48,646 nucleotides of DNA from Patescibacteria group bacterium (GTDB taxonomy: Bacteria > Patescibacteriota > Minisyncoccia > Phycocordibacterales > PALSA-1337): assembly GCA_038065395.1 (NCBI GenBank), contig JBBTRB010000002.1, positions 1 to 48,646 on the forward strand, given 5' to 3'. How positions within the stretch are numbered: the first letter of the stretch is position 1; each line of letters starts with the position of its first letter. Below are positions 34,923-44,384 of the stretch, piece after piece. The position numbers and the translations under genes were made by a program. Under the pieces are notes generated by a model. That model searched no databases, was not told the origin of the DNA, and saw only the letters and a list, made by a program, of their open reading frames with translations.

Positions 34923-34955
34923 TTTTTTCCAGTTTCCTGTGTTCTGTCAACGATC

Positions 34956-35402
34956 CTACCGATCCCGAAACTCTCTCCTCACCGTCCTGTCGGTCTCGCG
35001 TTTCTTGATAGTTTCGCGTTTGTCGTATTGTTTCTTGCCTTTGGCGATACCGATCTTGACCTTGATGAGAGAGCCCTTATTATATACTGAAATAGGCACT
35101 ATTGTCAAACCCTTCTCTCCTTCGAGGTTGGCGAGTTCCTGGATCTCTTTGGTGCCGAGCAAGAGTCGACGATTGCGCCGGGCTTCATAGCCTTCTGGAG
35201 TATTATTCTCTTGGTATGGAGGCACGAACATGCCAACAATGAATGCTTCAGCTCCGCGAATGATCACGTATGATCCATCGAGAGACCCTTGGCTTTTTTT
35301 GAGTGATTTTACTTCATGTCCAACAAGCTCGATCCCTGCTTCGAAGGTATCGGTTATCTCGTAGTTAAAATGGACCTTTTTGTTGTCGACAAGGGTGGAC
35401 AT
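34956..35402 (-). CDS. smpB: SsrA-binding protein
   Basis: From the ATG at 35402: MSTLVDNKKVHFNYEITDTFEAGIELVGHEVKSLK...; the basic C-terminal tail is typical of SmpB. Confidence 0.92.
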   Translation of the reverse strand: MSTLVDNKKVHFNYEITDTFEAGIELVGHEVKSLKKSQGSLDGSYVIIRGAEAFIVGMFVPPYQENNTPEGYEARRNRRLLLGTKEIQELANLEGEKGLTIVPISVYNKGSLIKVKIGIAKGKKQYDKRETIKKRETDRTVRREFRDR

Positions 35403-35449
35403 GTGAGTATGGTAGCACACGGTCGTAATCTTGAAAGTACGGATAGGAT

Positions 35450-35698
35450 ATGAGACTATGTGCACAGGAGAAACATGTTATGCTCTTATTACTCATATGG
35501 TTACGCAGGATTTTATATTGGACGATGGTGGTTGGCTTGATCTTTTCGATAATCACCATTGCAATGAATCGCAAATCCGAGACGATTCACAGCATTCTCA
35601 TCGTGTTGATTCTGTGCACCATACTGCCCGGGTGGATAGCTTCGGATAACCTTGTCCGAGCCTTGACCATCAAAAAGAAAGAGGATGCACGCAAATAA
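35450..35698 (+). CDS. small hypothetical membrane protein (two predicted TM helices; start possibly at 35480)
   Basis: The ORF has two hydrophobic helices and is followed by a terminator. Confidence 0.4.
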   Translation: MRLCAQEKHVMLLLLIWLRRILYWTMVVGLIFSIITIAMNRKSETIHSILIVLILCTILPGWIASDNLVRALTIKKKEDARK

Positions 35699-35702
35699 TA
35701 CC

Positions 35703-35722
35703 CCCGCTTCGGCGGTTTTTTA
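35703..35722 (+). terminator. rho-independent terminator
   Basis: CCGC-TTCG-GCGG followed by TTTTTT; the stem is short. Confidence 0.55.
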
Positions 35723-35747
35723 TTTGGATAGTTTAATTGTTAAATAG

Positions 35748-36860
35748 TTGAATTGTCCCTATACTACCCCTATGCCCTCATCCTCAACTTCCTGGACTCT
35801 CTACCCTTCCAACCATGAAGCCTGGGAAGCAATGCTTGCCGACTGCGCCCGAGCCACCACATCCATCGATCTCGAACAGTTCATATTCGTCAAAGATGAC
35901 TTCGGCCAAAGACTGATCGACATCTGTAGCGAACGTGCCAAGGCTGGTGTCAAAGTCCGATTCCTCTGGGATGCTGCCGGCAGCTTTTCTTTTTGGGGAT
36001 CGAGCATCGCCGCAGAACTCAAAGAACAGGGTATCGAGCTCATCTTCTGGAAGACACTCATTCCTGGATATTTCAACCTCCCGAGTATCCGCTCCTGGTT
36101 CTTGCGCAACCATCGACGTGCATTGATCATCGATGAGAAGGTCGGCTACACCGGTAGCATCTGTATCCAAGATGCCATGAAGAACTGGCGCGATACGAAT
36201 GTACGACTAGAAGGTGCGGTAGTGCGAAGCATGGCATATGAATTCAACAGCATGTGGAGCAAAGCCCAAGGATCCTCTCAGCCGCCAACTCCTCCAGCCA
36301 CACACTCTGACGCAGAGTTCTCCTATATCACCAACTCCCCTTCACCACGCAAACGTCACCTCTATCGCACCGTCCTCTCCGCTATCCGTACTGCCACCAA
36401 ACACATTTACATCACTACTCCTTACTTCGTGCCGACACATCGCCTGCTCCGAGCCCTCAAGCGCGCTGCTCATCGTGGCGTCGACGTGCGTATCCTCCTC
36501 CCGGAAAAGTCAGACCATTACCCAGCGCTCGACCTCGGTGCACGGTCTTATTTCCAAACTCTGCTCGAGTCAGGAGTACACATCTTCCTCTACGAAGGCA
36601 ATATCGTGCATAGCAAGACGATCGTCATCGACGACACCTGGGCATCGGTCGGATCTATGAACTTCGACAGTGTCAGTCTGCTGTACAACTACGAGGCCAA
36701 CATCGTCACCTCCAACAACCGCTTCGCAGAGGAACTCTCTTCTCACTTCGCCACTGATATCGGCTCTGCCACCGAAGTCAACCTCTCCACCTGGCACAAC
36801 CGCTTTTTCATCGAAAAGATCCCTGAAATGCTCATCAAGGTCGTGAGGAGATTTTTGTAG
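35748..36860 (+). CDS. cls: phospholipase D family protein / cardiolipin synthase-like
   Basis: Two HKD-type motifs: NHRRALIIDEKVGYTGS (HxRx4D variant) and VHSKTIVIDDTWASVGSMN. Confidence 0.85.
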   Translation: MNCPYTTPMPSSSTSWTLYPSNHEAWEAMLADCARATTSIDLEQFIFVKDDFGQRLIDICSERAKAGVKVRFLWDAAGSFSFWGSSIAAELKEQGIELIFWKTLIPGYFNLPSIRSWFLRNHRRALIIDEKVGYTGSICIQDAMKNWRDTNVRLEGAVVRSMAYEFNSMWSKAQGSSQPPTPPATHSDAEFSYITNSPSPRKRHLYRTVLSAIRTATKHIYITTPYFVPTHRLLRALKRAAHRGVDVRILLPEKSDHYPALDLGARSYFQTLLESGVHIFLYEGNIVHSKTIVIDDTWASVGSMNFDSVSLLYNYEANIVTSNNRFAEELSSHFATDIGSATEVNLSTWHNRFFIEKIPEMLIKVVRRFL

Positions 36861-36881
36861 TGTCTATATCAGCCAAACCCC

Positions 36882-36910
36882 TTGCACAAAGCCATACAGC
36901 ATGCTATAAA
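36882..36910 (+). promoter_or_regulatory. sigma70-type promoter candidate for infC-rpmI-rplT
   Basis: TTGCAC, a 17-nt spacer, then TATAAA, ending ~18 nt upstream of the infC start. Confidence 0.45.
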
Positions 36911-36927
36911 TACAGCTCTGTAATCCC

Positions 36928-37434
36928 TTGATCAAAGTACGCATCAATCACCACATAAAGGCGCCCGAATTGCGTGTAATCACCGAATCTGGCGAAAATC
37001 TGGGTGTTCTTGCTCTTGATAAGGCGCTTTTAGCGGCACAGGAACGAGGGTTTGATCTCATCGAGATCTCTCCGAGTGCAGTTCCTCCGGTTGCCAAGAT
37101 TATGGACTATGGCAAGTATCTGTACGATGAAAAGAAGAAGGTAAAGACCGCCAAGACCCGCACGCAGATAACCGAACTCAAGACCGTCCAGGTCAAGATA
37201 GGTACCGGCGAGCACGATCTCGAACTCAAAGCCAAGAAGGTATCCGAATGGCTCGAGGGTGGAGATCGCGTCAAGATCGATCTATTCCTCGTAGGCCGTT
37301 CCAAGTACATGGAATTCAATTTCCTCAAAGAACGCCTCGAGAGAATCCTCAAACTTATCACCGTCGAATACAAAGTCGCTCAAGCACCGCTCAAAGGTCC
37401 CAAAGGACTGACCACCATCATAGAGAGAAAATAA
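36928..37434 (+). CDS. infC: translation initiation factor IF-3
   Basis: INHHIKAPELRVI...GENLGV...ALLAAQERGFDLIEISP...PPVAKIMDYGKY. The start is non-ATG (TTG at 36928 or ATC at 36931), as is usual for infC. Confidence 0.93.
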   Translation: MIKVRINHHIKAPELRVITESGENLGVLALDKALLAAQERGFDLIEISPSAVPPVAKIMDYGKYLYDEKKKVKTAKTRTQITELKTVQVKIGTGEHDLELKAKKVSEWLEGGDRVKIDLFLVGRSKYMEFNFLKERLERILKLITVEYKVAQAPLKGPKGLTTIIERK

Positions 37435-37444
37435 CGCTACAACC

Positions 37445-37636
37445 ATGTCAATCAAAACGAACAAATCATATCTCAAGCGCTTCAAGGTCACCAAGAATGG
37501 CAAGATTCTTGCGCGCAAGGCTGGCCAGAACCATTTCAATGCAAAAGAGAACAGCAGTACTCGTTCCAAGAAAGGCCGCATGACCGAGATCCACATGGAC
37601 AACAAGGCACGCAGTCGTTTCCTTGCGAACCAATAA
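37445..37636 (+). CDS. rpmI: 50S ribosomal protein L35
   Basis: 63 aa, basic, KSYLKRFKVTKNGKI, located between infC and rplT. Confidence 0.92.
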   Translation: MSIKTNKSYLKRFKVTKNGKILARKAGQNHFNAKENSSTRSKKGRMTEIHMDNKARSRFLANQ

Positions 37637-37670
37637 GAACTATATTAACTTTTAACTTTCAACCACTACC

Positions 37671-38021
37671 ATGGCACGTGTCAAAAAAGGAGTAAATGCA
37701 CTGAAGACCCGACGTTCGATACTCAAGCGAGCAAAAGGTTTTCGTTTCCGCCGTTCCAAGACCGAACGCGCTGCAAATGACGCTCTCGCACATGCAGGAG
37801 CATATGCATTCGCACATCGTCGCGACAAGAAGGGTGACTTCCGCCGTCTCTGGAACGTCAAGATCAACGCAGCACTTCGTCCTCTCGGCTTTTCATATAG
37901 CAAGTGGATCGGTGAAGCCAAAAAGAAAGGTATCTCTCTCGACCGCAAGTCTCTCGCTCATCTCGCCGAGTTCAAACCAGAAGCTTTCAAGAGAGTTGTT
38001 ACTTCAGTTTCAGCGAAGTAA
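37671..38021 (+). CDS. rplT: 50S ribosomal protein L20
   Basis: MARVKKGVNALKTRRSILKRAKGFRF...AYAFAHRRDKKGDFRRLW. Confidence 0.95.
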   Translation: MARVKKGVNALKTRRSILKRAKGFRFRRSKTERAANDALAHAGAYAFAHRRDKKGDFRRLWNVKINAALRPLGFSYSKWIGEAKKKGISLDRKSLAHLAEFKPEAFKRVVTSVSAK

Positions 38022-38038
38022 AACCTCTTCATCCTATC

Positions 38039-38069
38039 AAAAAATCCCGATGCTACATCGGGATTTTTT
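38039..38069 (+). terminator. rho-independent terminator after rplT
   Basis: aaaaaatcccgatg-cta-catcgggatttttt. Confidence 0.8.
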
Positions 38070-38088
38070 GATGGTTAGGGTGAACCCG

Positions 38089-38191
38089 CTTGCAAAAATA
38101 TATACTGAAGGACATTGCGAGCGCGACTGGCGCGAGCACTAGGAATTTTTCAGCAGAAAAATACCGTGTCCTGAAGTGTATATTTTGCAAG
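38089..38191. repeat. ~25-bp imperfect inverted repeats flanking 52 bp (MITE/REP-like) between convergent genes
   Basis: cttgcaaaaatatatactgaaggaca (38089-38114) pairs with tgtcctgaagtgtatattttgcaag (38167-38191), about 22/25 matches. The interior contains tttttc-agca-gaaaaa. Confidence 0.7.
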
Positions 38192-38196
38192 TGGTA

Positions 38197-39561
38197 TCAC
38201 CTAAGTTCGTACGGCTTGTTTCTTTCAGGCATGAGCGCCTTGACCCCCAATTCGTCGTTGATCTTCTGAGCGAGATGCATAGACGCTCCTGGCTCCCCCA
38301 TCACCACGAAGATCTTTTTGAGTCGTGAGGTCCCTGTAGTCACAAATTCGATCAGATGGTCTTGGTCTCGATGAGCCGAATATCCATAGAGTACCTCCAC
38401 GCGCGCATTGACCTCGATCTCTCGGCCATGTACCGAGACCTTCTTGGCACCATCGGCGAGGCGACGTCCGAGTGACCCTGTCGACTGGTACCCCACCAGA
38501 AGGAGCGTGTTGCGTGGATCTGGCAAGTATTTTTCTTCATGCGCCAATACGCGACCCCCGACCGACATACCTGACCCTGCCAGGATGATCTTGGCGCCTT
38601 TCATATGATCGATATCACGAGATTCGTTTTGCGAAACTGTGTACTGCAAACGCGGGAAATGAAAGATATCATCCCCGCCGCGGATCTGTGCCTGGATAGT
38701 ATCATTGAAAAGATCCGTGCTCGCACGATATATATCAGTCGCCTTGATCGCCATCGGAGAGTCTACATAGACAGGGATAGAAGGGATCTTTTTTTGCTCG
38801 ACCATGTTATTGAGCTCATAGAGGAGGACTTGGGTACGATCGAGTGAGAATGCCGGAATGATCAACGTTCCTCCACGTTCGATACTCTCTTTGACGATGC
38901 GCTCGAGTGCCGCAGAGCGTGTCTCTCGAGCGTCATGGTTACGATCACCATAGACACTTTCCATGACCATATAGTCCACATCTCCGACCTCCTCCGAAGC
39001 GCGCAGAAGTGGTGCTGGAGAGTTACCCAGGTCTCCGGTAAAGAGAATCTTTTTATTATTTATCGTAAGCTCAATCATCGCTGATCCGAGAATATGACCC
39101 GCATCCTTGAAGAAAACGGTTATATCTTCGATCGTAAAATTCTGATGATATGGAATGGTTTTCCAAAGACCGAACACGGCATTGACGTCTTCTATATCAT
39201 AGAGTGGTTCGAGGTTGTTCTGTCGTGCTTCCATACCGAGGATCGAAACCGCATCGGTGAGTACGAGCTCCGCCAACTGACGTGTTTCAGGAGTTGAATA
39301 AATAACACCTGTGAAACCTTCTTTGACGAGCTTGGGGATGCGACCGACATGGTCGAGGTGTGCATGAGTGATGATGAGGTGTGAGATAGACGCAGGCTCA
39401 TATGCGAAGGGCTGATGGTTCTCCTGCATCGCCACACGTTCGCCTTGTACCAAGCCACAGTCGATGAGCACTCGAGTTCCTGTAGCAGTCTCAAAAAGAA
39501 AATTCGCACCCGTCACAGAACCAACTCCCGAGTAGAACGTAACATTCGCAATAGAATTCAT
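38197..39561 (-). CDS. MBL-fold beta-CASP family hydrolase (RNA-processing nuclease-like)
   Basis: The HxHxDH motif (THAHLDHVGRIP) with later D and H motifs spaced as in beta-CASP/CPSF-like enzymes; 454 aa. Confidence 0.8.
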   Translation of the reverse strand: MNSIANVTFYSGVGSVTGANFLFETATGTRVLIDCGLVQGERVAMQENHQPFAYEPASISHLIITHAHLDHVGRIPKLVKEGFTGVIYSTPETRQLAELVLTDAVSILGMEARQNNLEPLYDIEDVNAVFGLWKTIPYHQNFTIEDITVFFKDAGHILGSAMIELTINNKKILFTGDLGNSPAPLLRASEEVGDVDYMVMESVYGDRNHDARETRSAALERIVKESIERGGTLIIPAFSLDRTQVLLYELNNMVEQKKIPSIPVYVDSPMAIKATDIYRASTDLFNDTIQAQIRGGDDIFHFPRLQYTVSQNESRDIDHMKGAKIILAGSGMSVGGRVLAHEEKYLPDPRNTLLLVGYQSTGSLGRRLADGAKKVSVHGREIEVNARVEVLYGYSAHRDQDHLIEFVTTGTSRLKKIFVVMGEPGASMHLAQKINDELGVKALMPERNKPYELR

Positions 39562-39609
39562 GGACTTATTTTATCCTGTATATATAAAAAGTCCTAGCTC
39601 TGCCAACAT

Positions 39610-39975
39610 CTACTTTCTGAATTTTGTAAACAAGCTCGCCGCCAACAGACCTCCGATACAGTCATCGATGATATCGAGAGCAGTATCGAAATAATACGGA
39701 TCACTGCCAACCGGATGTCCCGTAAGGTCAAAATATATTTCAAAATATTCCCATGCCAAGCCGATGATGAGCGCGCCGATTATCACCTGCCATATACGTA
39801 CAGGTCTTCGGAAAGAACGGAGGATGATGAGCACCAGGAGTCCGCTCGCGAAGCCGCCCAAGATATGCATGAAGATGTCATACCACCAGAGTTCCATGTA
39901 CCACCCTTCGATACCCGGAAGATTGAACGAGTAGACAGAGATCGCAGAGATAAGTGCAACGGTGTACAGGAGCAT
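39610..39975 (-). CDS. hypothetical integral membrane protein (121 aa)
   Basis: Three to four hydrophobic helices; no motif recognised. Confidence 0.55.
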   Translation of the reverse strand: MLLYTVALISAISVYSFNLPGIEGWYMELWWYDIFMHILGGFASGLLVLIILRSFRRPVRIWQVIIGALIIGLAWEYFEIYFDLTGHPVGSDPYYFDTALDIIDDCIGGLLAASLFTKFRK

Positions 39976-40229
39976 TGGGGATGATTATATCGTTAAATGG
40001 GTGATAAGAAAATGCCCCCAGCCCGCGTAATGCGGTAGGGACATTCTCTGTAGATCGCAGAAGTATAAACCTGAATTATTTCAGGTGGGAAACCTCACAT
40101 CTAACACCAAGGTGCAGACGAATGTGATCCGAAGATCGTTGGAATCCCGTAAAAATAGATTTGTAGTTTTTTACTCCTGCAATCTGTACTCATTGTAACT
40201 CCAATCTATCCCACTGCAAGCATCGAACC

Positions 40230-40496
40230 ATGTTCCGACATTCTTTTGTACAAAAATCAAAAGTGTTTCGTATTGCATATTCTGATTCATTCTCTTATGA
40301 TATCTTCAGAAGGGATCATATGGCGCACATCTCAAAAGAAAAACATATCGTAATAGCGGTTTACATTATCATCGGGTCAGTGCTCATACATTACAGCCCT
40401 TTCGACAAAGTCGCCATGGGTTGCATCTTGTTCCTCATATGGCTGGCTCTAAGTCCGCTCATCGATAGACACCTCGCTCGCAAGCCGAAGAGATAA
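40230..40496 (+). CDS. small hypothetical membrane protein (likely start at the internal Met, MAHISKEK...)
   Basis: ORF with two hydrophobic helices; weak support. Confidence 0.3.
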   Translation: MFRHSFVQKSKVFRIAYSDSFSYDIFRRDHMAHISKEKHIVIAVYIIIGSVLIHYSPFDKVAMGCILFLIWLALSPLIDRHLARKPKR

Positions 40497-40523
40497 CTTC
40501 TTCGTCTTTTTTATTACCCAAAA

Positions 40524-41138
40524 CTACTCCAAAATCCCCTCTATACTCTGGTCATACAGCATCGCATCTACGAGCAGACGATAGTCCACCAATTCTTCTT
40601 TTTTGAACCAATAGTCGATCTCCATATTCGCCTCTGTTACATTGCCCGATGCATGCACGATATTGCGCACTGCACGCATATCATCGTCAGCCAGGTTGTA
40701 TGAGTCGATCACATAGTCACCACGGATTGTTCCTACATCGGAATTCAGCGGCTCCGTACCACCCGTGATCTTGCGTACGATAGAGACCGCATGAGCACCC
40801 TGCCAGACCATAGCGATGATAGGACCTGATGCAAAATACTTCTTGAGCTTCATCAGGATCATGTCGGACTGCTTGATCGGATCTTCATGAGGAGGCTTCA
40901 ACCCTTTGTCTTTGTATGCCTGCAGATTCTTCTCCCCTGTCTTTCTCTTCCATTCAGGGTCCAGTGTATAGTGAGCCTCGACCATTTCCTGCGTTGGCAC
41001 AACCATCTTGATACCGACGAGCTTGAGTCCGGCACGTTCGTATCTGCGGATCACTTCTCCGATCAGGCTTCGCTGGATGCCATCTGGTTTGATAATAACA
41101 AGCGTTCTTTCGTATTTAGCGTGGTTTTTTGTGGACAT
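40524..41138 (-). CDS. ndk: nucleoside-diphosphate kinase with internal insertions
   Basis: ERTLVIIKPDGIQRSLIGEVI, TIRGDY and active-site NIVHASG. It is 204 aa versus the usual ~140. Confidence 0.88.
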   Translation of the reverse strand: MSTKNHAKYERTLVIIKPDGIQRSLIGEVIRRYERAGLKLVGIKMVVPTQEMVEAHYTLDPEWKRKTGEKNLQAYKDKGLKPPHEDPIKQSDMILMKLKKYFASGPIIAMVWQGAHAVSIVRKITGGTEPLNSDVGTIRGDYVIDSYNLADDDMRAVRNIVHASGNVTEANMEIDYWFKKEELVDYRLLVDAMLYDQSIEGILE

Positions 41139-41156
41139 GGAGTGATTATAACGTAA

Positions 41157-41924
41157 TTACGCAGTCAAAATCTCCGCACCGCCCTTGGTGATCAGGACCG
41201 TATGCTCAAAATGAGCCGAGGGTTTGCCATCAGCGGTACGGTAAGTGTAGCCATCTGCACCGAGTTTGATGTTCTTGGTGCCGAGGTTGAACATCGGTTC
41301 AATTGCGATCACCATTCCTGGTTGTAATACTTCCCCTTTCCCTGCTTCACCATAGTTCGGAACATAAGGATCCTCGTGCACACCATAGCCGACACCATGT
41401 CCGGAAAGTTCTTGCACGATGCCGTACGTATTCGAAACCCCAATCTTTTCAATAGCCGAGCTAATATCACCTATACGTTTGCCACCCTTCGCGGCCTTGA
41501 TCCCCGCCATCAAAGCATCTTTTGTATCTGCCAAAAGTTTCTCCAATTCCGGGGCAATCTTGCCCACAGGCACCGTCACCGCCATATCCGTAAAAAGTCC
41601 TTTGTGGACGAGTCCTAGATCGATACTGACGATATCACCTTCTTTCAGGATCTTGTCTGACTCATTCGGTATACCATGGACGATCTCTTCGTTGACCGAC
41701 ACACAGATCGCCGCAGGATAGGGACGCTTGGCGCCATATGGTTTGTAGTTCAAGAAAGCCGAAGAGTCGCCACCTTCTTTGATCAGGTCTGTAGCACGAT
41801 CGTTGAGCTCCGAGGCAGAGATGCCCGGCTTCACCATAGCCACGAGTTCCCTCATGATCTCTGCATGACGACGACCCCCTTCACGGAGAATAGCGATGTC
41901 TTCCTTTGTCTTGATGGTTATCAC
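41157..41924 (-). CDS. map: type I methionine aminopeptidase
   Basis: MetAP metal-ligand contexts (VHGIP, DIVSIDLG, GHGVG, IEPM, EHTV). Confidence 0.93.
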   Translation of the reverse strand: MITIKTKEDIAILREGGRRHAEIMRELVAMVKPGISASELNDRATDLIKEGGDSSAFLNYKPYGAKRPYPAAICVSVNEEIVHGIPNESDKILKEGDIVSIDLGLVHKGLFTDMAVTVPVGKIAPELEKLLADTKDALMAGIKAAKGGKRIGDISSAIEKIGVSNTYGIVQELSGHGVGYGVHEDPYVPNYGEAGKGEVLQPGMVIAIEPMFNLGTKNIKLGADGYTYRTADGKPSAHFEHTVLITKGGAEILTA

Positions 41925-41933
41925 CCCTTTACA

Positions 41934-42533
41934 CTAACTCAACCCCACTGCTTTCACAATACGTGCATGAACTTCTTCGATACTGCCATGTCCGTCGATA
42001 TCCAGGAATGTAGCAGATGGGTTGGTACGGTACCACTCAACAACAGGCAAGACTTCTTGCTCAAACGCTATCTGTCGACGTTCGATGGCTTCGGGAGTAT
42101 CATCTTTGCGACCTTCCTTGGCACGGAGCAGGAGACGTTTTGCAGACTCTTCGTGTTCAATATCCAAATACACTACAAATGGTTTGTCTAGATTATAAAA
42201 AGGAAAGGTGGAATTGAGAAGTTCTGCCTCAAGAAGTTTGCGTGGAGTACCATCGAAGATCAGATGCTCTGCTCCACTGAATTGCTCTACGAGAAACTTT
42301 GCCCACATATAGACCGGCATGAACTCAGGCATAAGTAACCCTTGTTCCATAGTGATCTTGGCTTGTCGTGCAGCATAACCCTCTCCCTGGTTGAAAACTC
42401 GGAGCAGTGCACCCGTTTCGATATGTAACACAGTCCTATCATGAATACTTTTGAGCTTCGCTTCGAGTAACTTCGCCTGTGTTCCCTTACCTGCTCCAGC
42501 GCGTCCGATGAATATGAAGGATTGTGGTTTCAT
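41934..42533 (-). CDS. adk: adenylate kinase-like nucleoside monophosphate kinase
   Basis: P-loop FIGRAGAGKGTQ, located between secY and map. Confidence 0.85.
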   Translation of the reverse strand: MKPQSFIFIGRAGAGKGTQAKLLEAKLKSIHDRTVLHIETGALLRVFNQGEGYAARQAKITMEQGLLMPEFMPVYMWAKFLVEQFSGAEHLIFDGTPRKLLEAELLNSTFPFYNLDKPFVVYLDIEHEESAKRLLLRAKEGRKDDTPEAIERRQIAFEQEVLPVVEWYRTNPSATFLDIDGHGSIEEVHARIVKAVGLS

Positions 42534-42553
42534 CGCGACATTATACTAAAGAT

Positions 42554-43831
42554 TTAGTATTCGCGCATCGCAACCTGAGCGTCGATCTTCTTGAGGAGAT
42601 CCAGAACTACTGAGACCACGATCAGAAGTGCCGTACCACCGATAGCGAGATTCTGGTTTGCAGTGAATGTCTGCATCAAGAGTGGCAAGATGGCGATGAT
42701 ACCGAGGAAGAGTGCACCGACGAGTGTGATACGGGTAACAATAGCGGCCAGATGGTCACGAGTATGCTCACCAGGACGGACACCAGGGATGAATGCACCA
42801 GAACGCTGGAGATTCTCGGAGATGAGCTTCGGATCGAAGGTCACGGCAGTATAGAAATAGGTGAAGAGCACAACCAGCACAAAATATGCACCTCCATGTA
42901 CCCATGGGTTGTTGAGGAATACCGTCGCCCAGGTAGCAAAGTCAGCGATAGCGGGGATAGAAGCACGACTCAGAGCCGTAGCGATGATTTGGGGGAACAA
43001 CAGGATCGAGAGCGCAAAGATGATCGGGATCACACCAGCCTGGTTGAGGCGGAGTGGGAGATAGGTAGATGTGCCACCATAGACTTTGTTGCCACGGACC
43101 TGTTTTGCATAGGTGACCGGTACAGAACGTTCGGCTTCGGTCACAAACACTACTCCGGCGATCACGATAATACCGATAACAACGGCGATGAGATATACCG
43201 GGATCTCGGCTGGGTTATATGCTGCCAAGAACTGGGAGATGTTGGTCGGCAATACTGCCACGATACCCGCGAAGATGATCAGTGACACGCCGTTGCCGAT
43301 ACCGAACTCAGAGATGAGCTCGCCGATCCACATCAGGAGTATAGACCCAGCAGAAACGATGATGACGTTGAGTACAAAGTCGAACAGAGTGACCTGCGGC
43401 AACACATTTTGTGACTGAAGAAGTGACAAAAATCCGATAGAAGATACGAGAGCTAGAGGTACTGAAAGGAGACGTGAGTAGTTGGAAAGCTTCATACGTC
43501 CGGCCTCACCTTCTTCGTGAAGCATGGCCTTCCACGATGGGAACATCATAGTCAGGAGTTGGATGACGATCGATGCGGTGATAAAAGGTCCGACACCAAG
43601 CATGACGATCGAAAGGTTCGAGAGTCCTCCACCAGAGAAAATATTGAGGAAACCGAAGAACTGACTTGAGGTCAGGAGGTTCTTGAGAGCGAGTACATCA
43701 ACCCCAGGAATAGGGATAGTTGCGAGAGCACGGAAAAGGATAAGGGCACCGATCGTAAACCCGATACGCGTACGCATAACTGGATCACGGAAGACAGTCA
43801 GGATTTTGTGGGTGAAAGTATTCATGGGCAC
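42554..43831 (-). CDS. secY: preprotein translocase subunit SecY
   Basis: 425 aa with 10 TM helices, typical SecY N-terminus and position after rplO. Confidence 0.95.
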   Translation of the reverse strand: MPMNTFTHKILTVFRDPVMRTRIGFTIGALILFRALATIPIPGVDVLALKNLLTSSQFFGFLNIFSGGGLSNLSIVMLGVGPFITASIVIQLLTMMFPSWKAMLHEEGEAGRMKLSNYSRLLSVPLALVSSIGFLSLLQSQNVLPQVTLFDFVLNVIIVSAGSILLMWIGELISEFGIGNGVSLIIFAGIVAVLPTNISQFLAAYNPAEIPVYLIAVVIGIIVIAGVVFVTEAERSVPVTYAKQVRGNKVYGGTSTYLPLRLNQAGVIPIIFALSILLFPQIIATALSRASIPAIADFATWATVFLNNPWVHGGAYFVLVVLFTYFYTAVTFDPKLISENLQRSGAFIPGVRPGEHTRDHLAAIVTRITLVGALFLGIIAILPLLMQTFTANQNLAIGGTALLIVVSVVLDLLKKIDAQVAMREY

Positions 43832-43889
43832 AGTATATAAGATATATTGAACTATTCAACTAGATAAACCCGAGTCCTCTCCCTGATGG

Positions 43890-44381
43890 TTATTTGGTCT
43901 TTGGAGCAGGAGTGACTTTCTTTACAACTACCGGAGTATGAACCGCTACTGATCCGCCTGCCTTCTCGATCGCAGCCTTGGCAGAACCAGAGACAAAACA
44001 TCCTGAAACACTAAAAGCTTTTGAGATCTCGACTCCGGCAAGGATCTTGATCTGAGGGATACGGCCAGACTGTGTGGTGACGAGTCCCTTCTCTACGAGC
44101 GTAGCAGGAGTGATCGCGGCCTTGGAAGCAAATGCTTCGTTGATATCAGCAAGGTCAACAACGTACGAACGTTCGGTGACGAATTTGTTCTGGTTGACAC
44201 CACGACCGCGCAACTTCGGAAGACGCTTGATGATATCGCGCCATTCTGGACGTCGCTTGTTACCGGCACGAGCACTTTGACCCTTGCCTCCACGGCCGGC
44301 GGTCTTGCCGCGCTTGCCTCCACGCGCCACGATCATGCGCTTGGTATTCGGTGTCTTGCGTTTGAGTTGATGGGTTTGCAT
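43890..44381 (-). CDS. rplO: 50S ribosomal protein L15
   Basis: GGKRGKTAGRGGKGQSARAG, a typical glycine/basic N-terminus. Confidence 0.93.
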   Translation of the reverse strand: MQTHQLKRKTPNTKRMIVARGGKRGKTAGRGGKGQSARAGNKRRPEWRDIIKRLPKLRGRGVNQNKFVTERSYVVDLADINEAFASKAAITPATLVEKGLVTTQSGRIPQIKILAGVEISKAFSVSGCFVSGSAKAAIEKAGGSVAVHTPVVVKKVTPAPKTK

Positions 44382-44384
44382 GGT

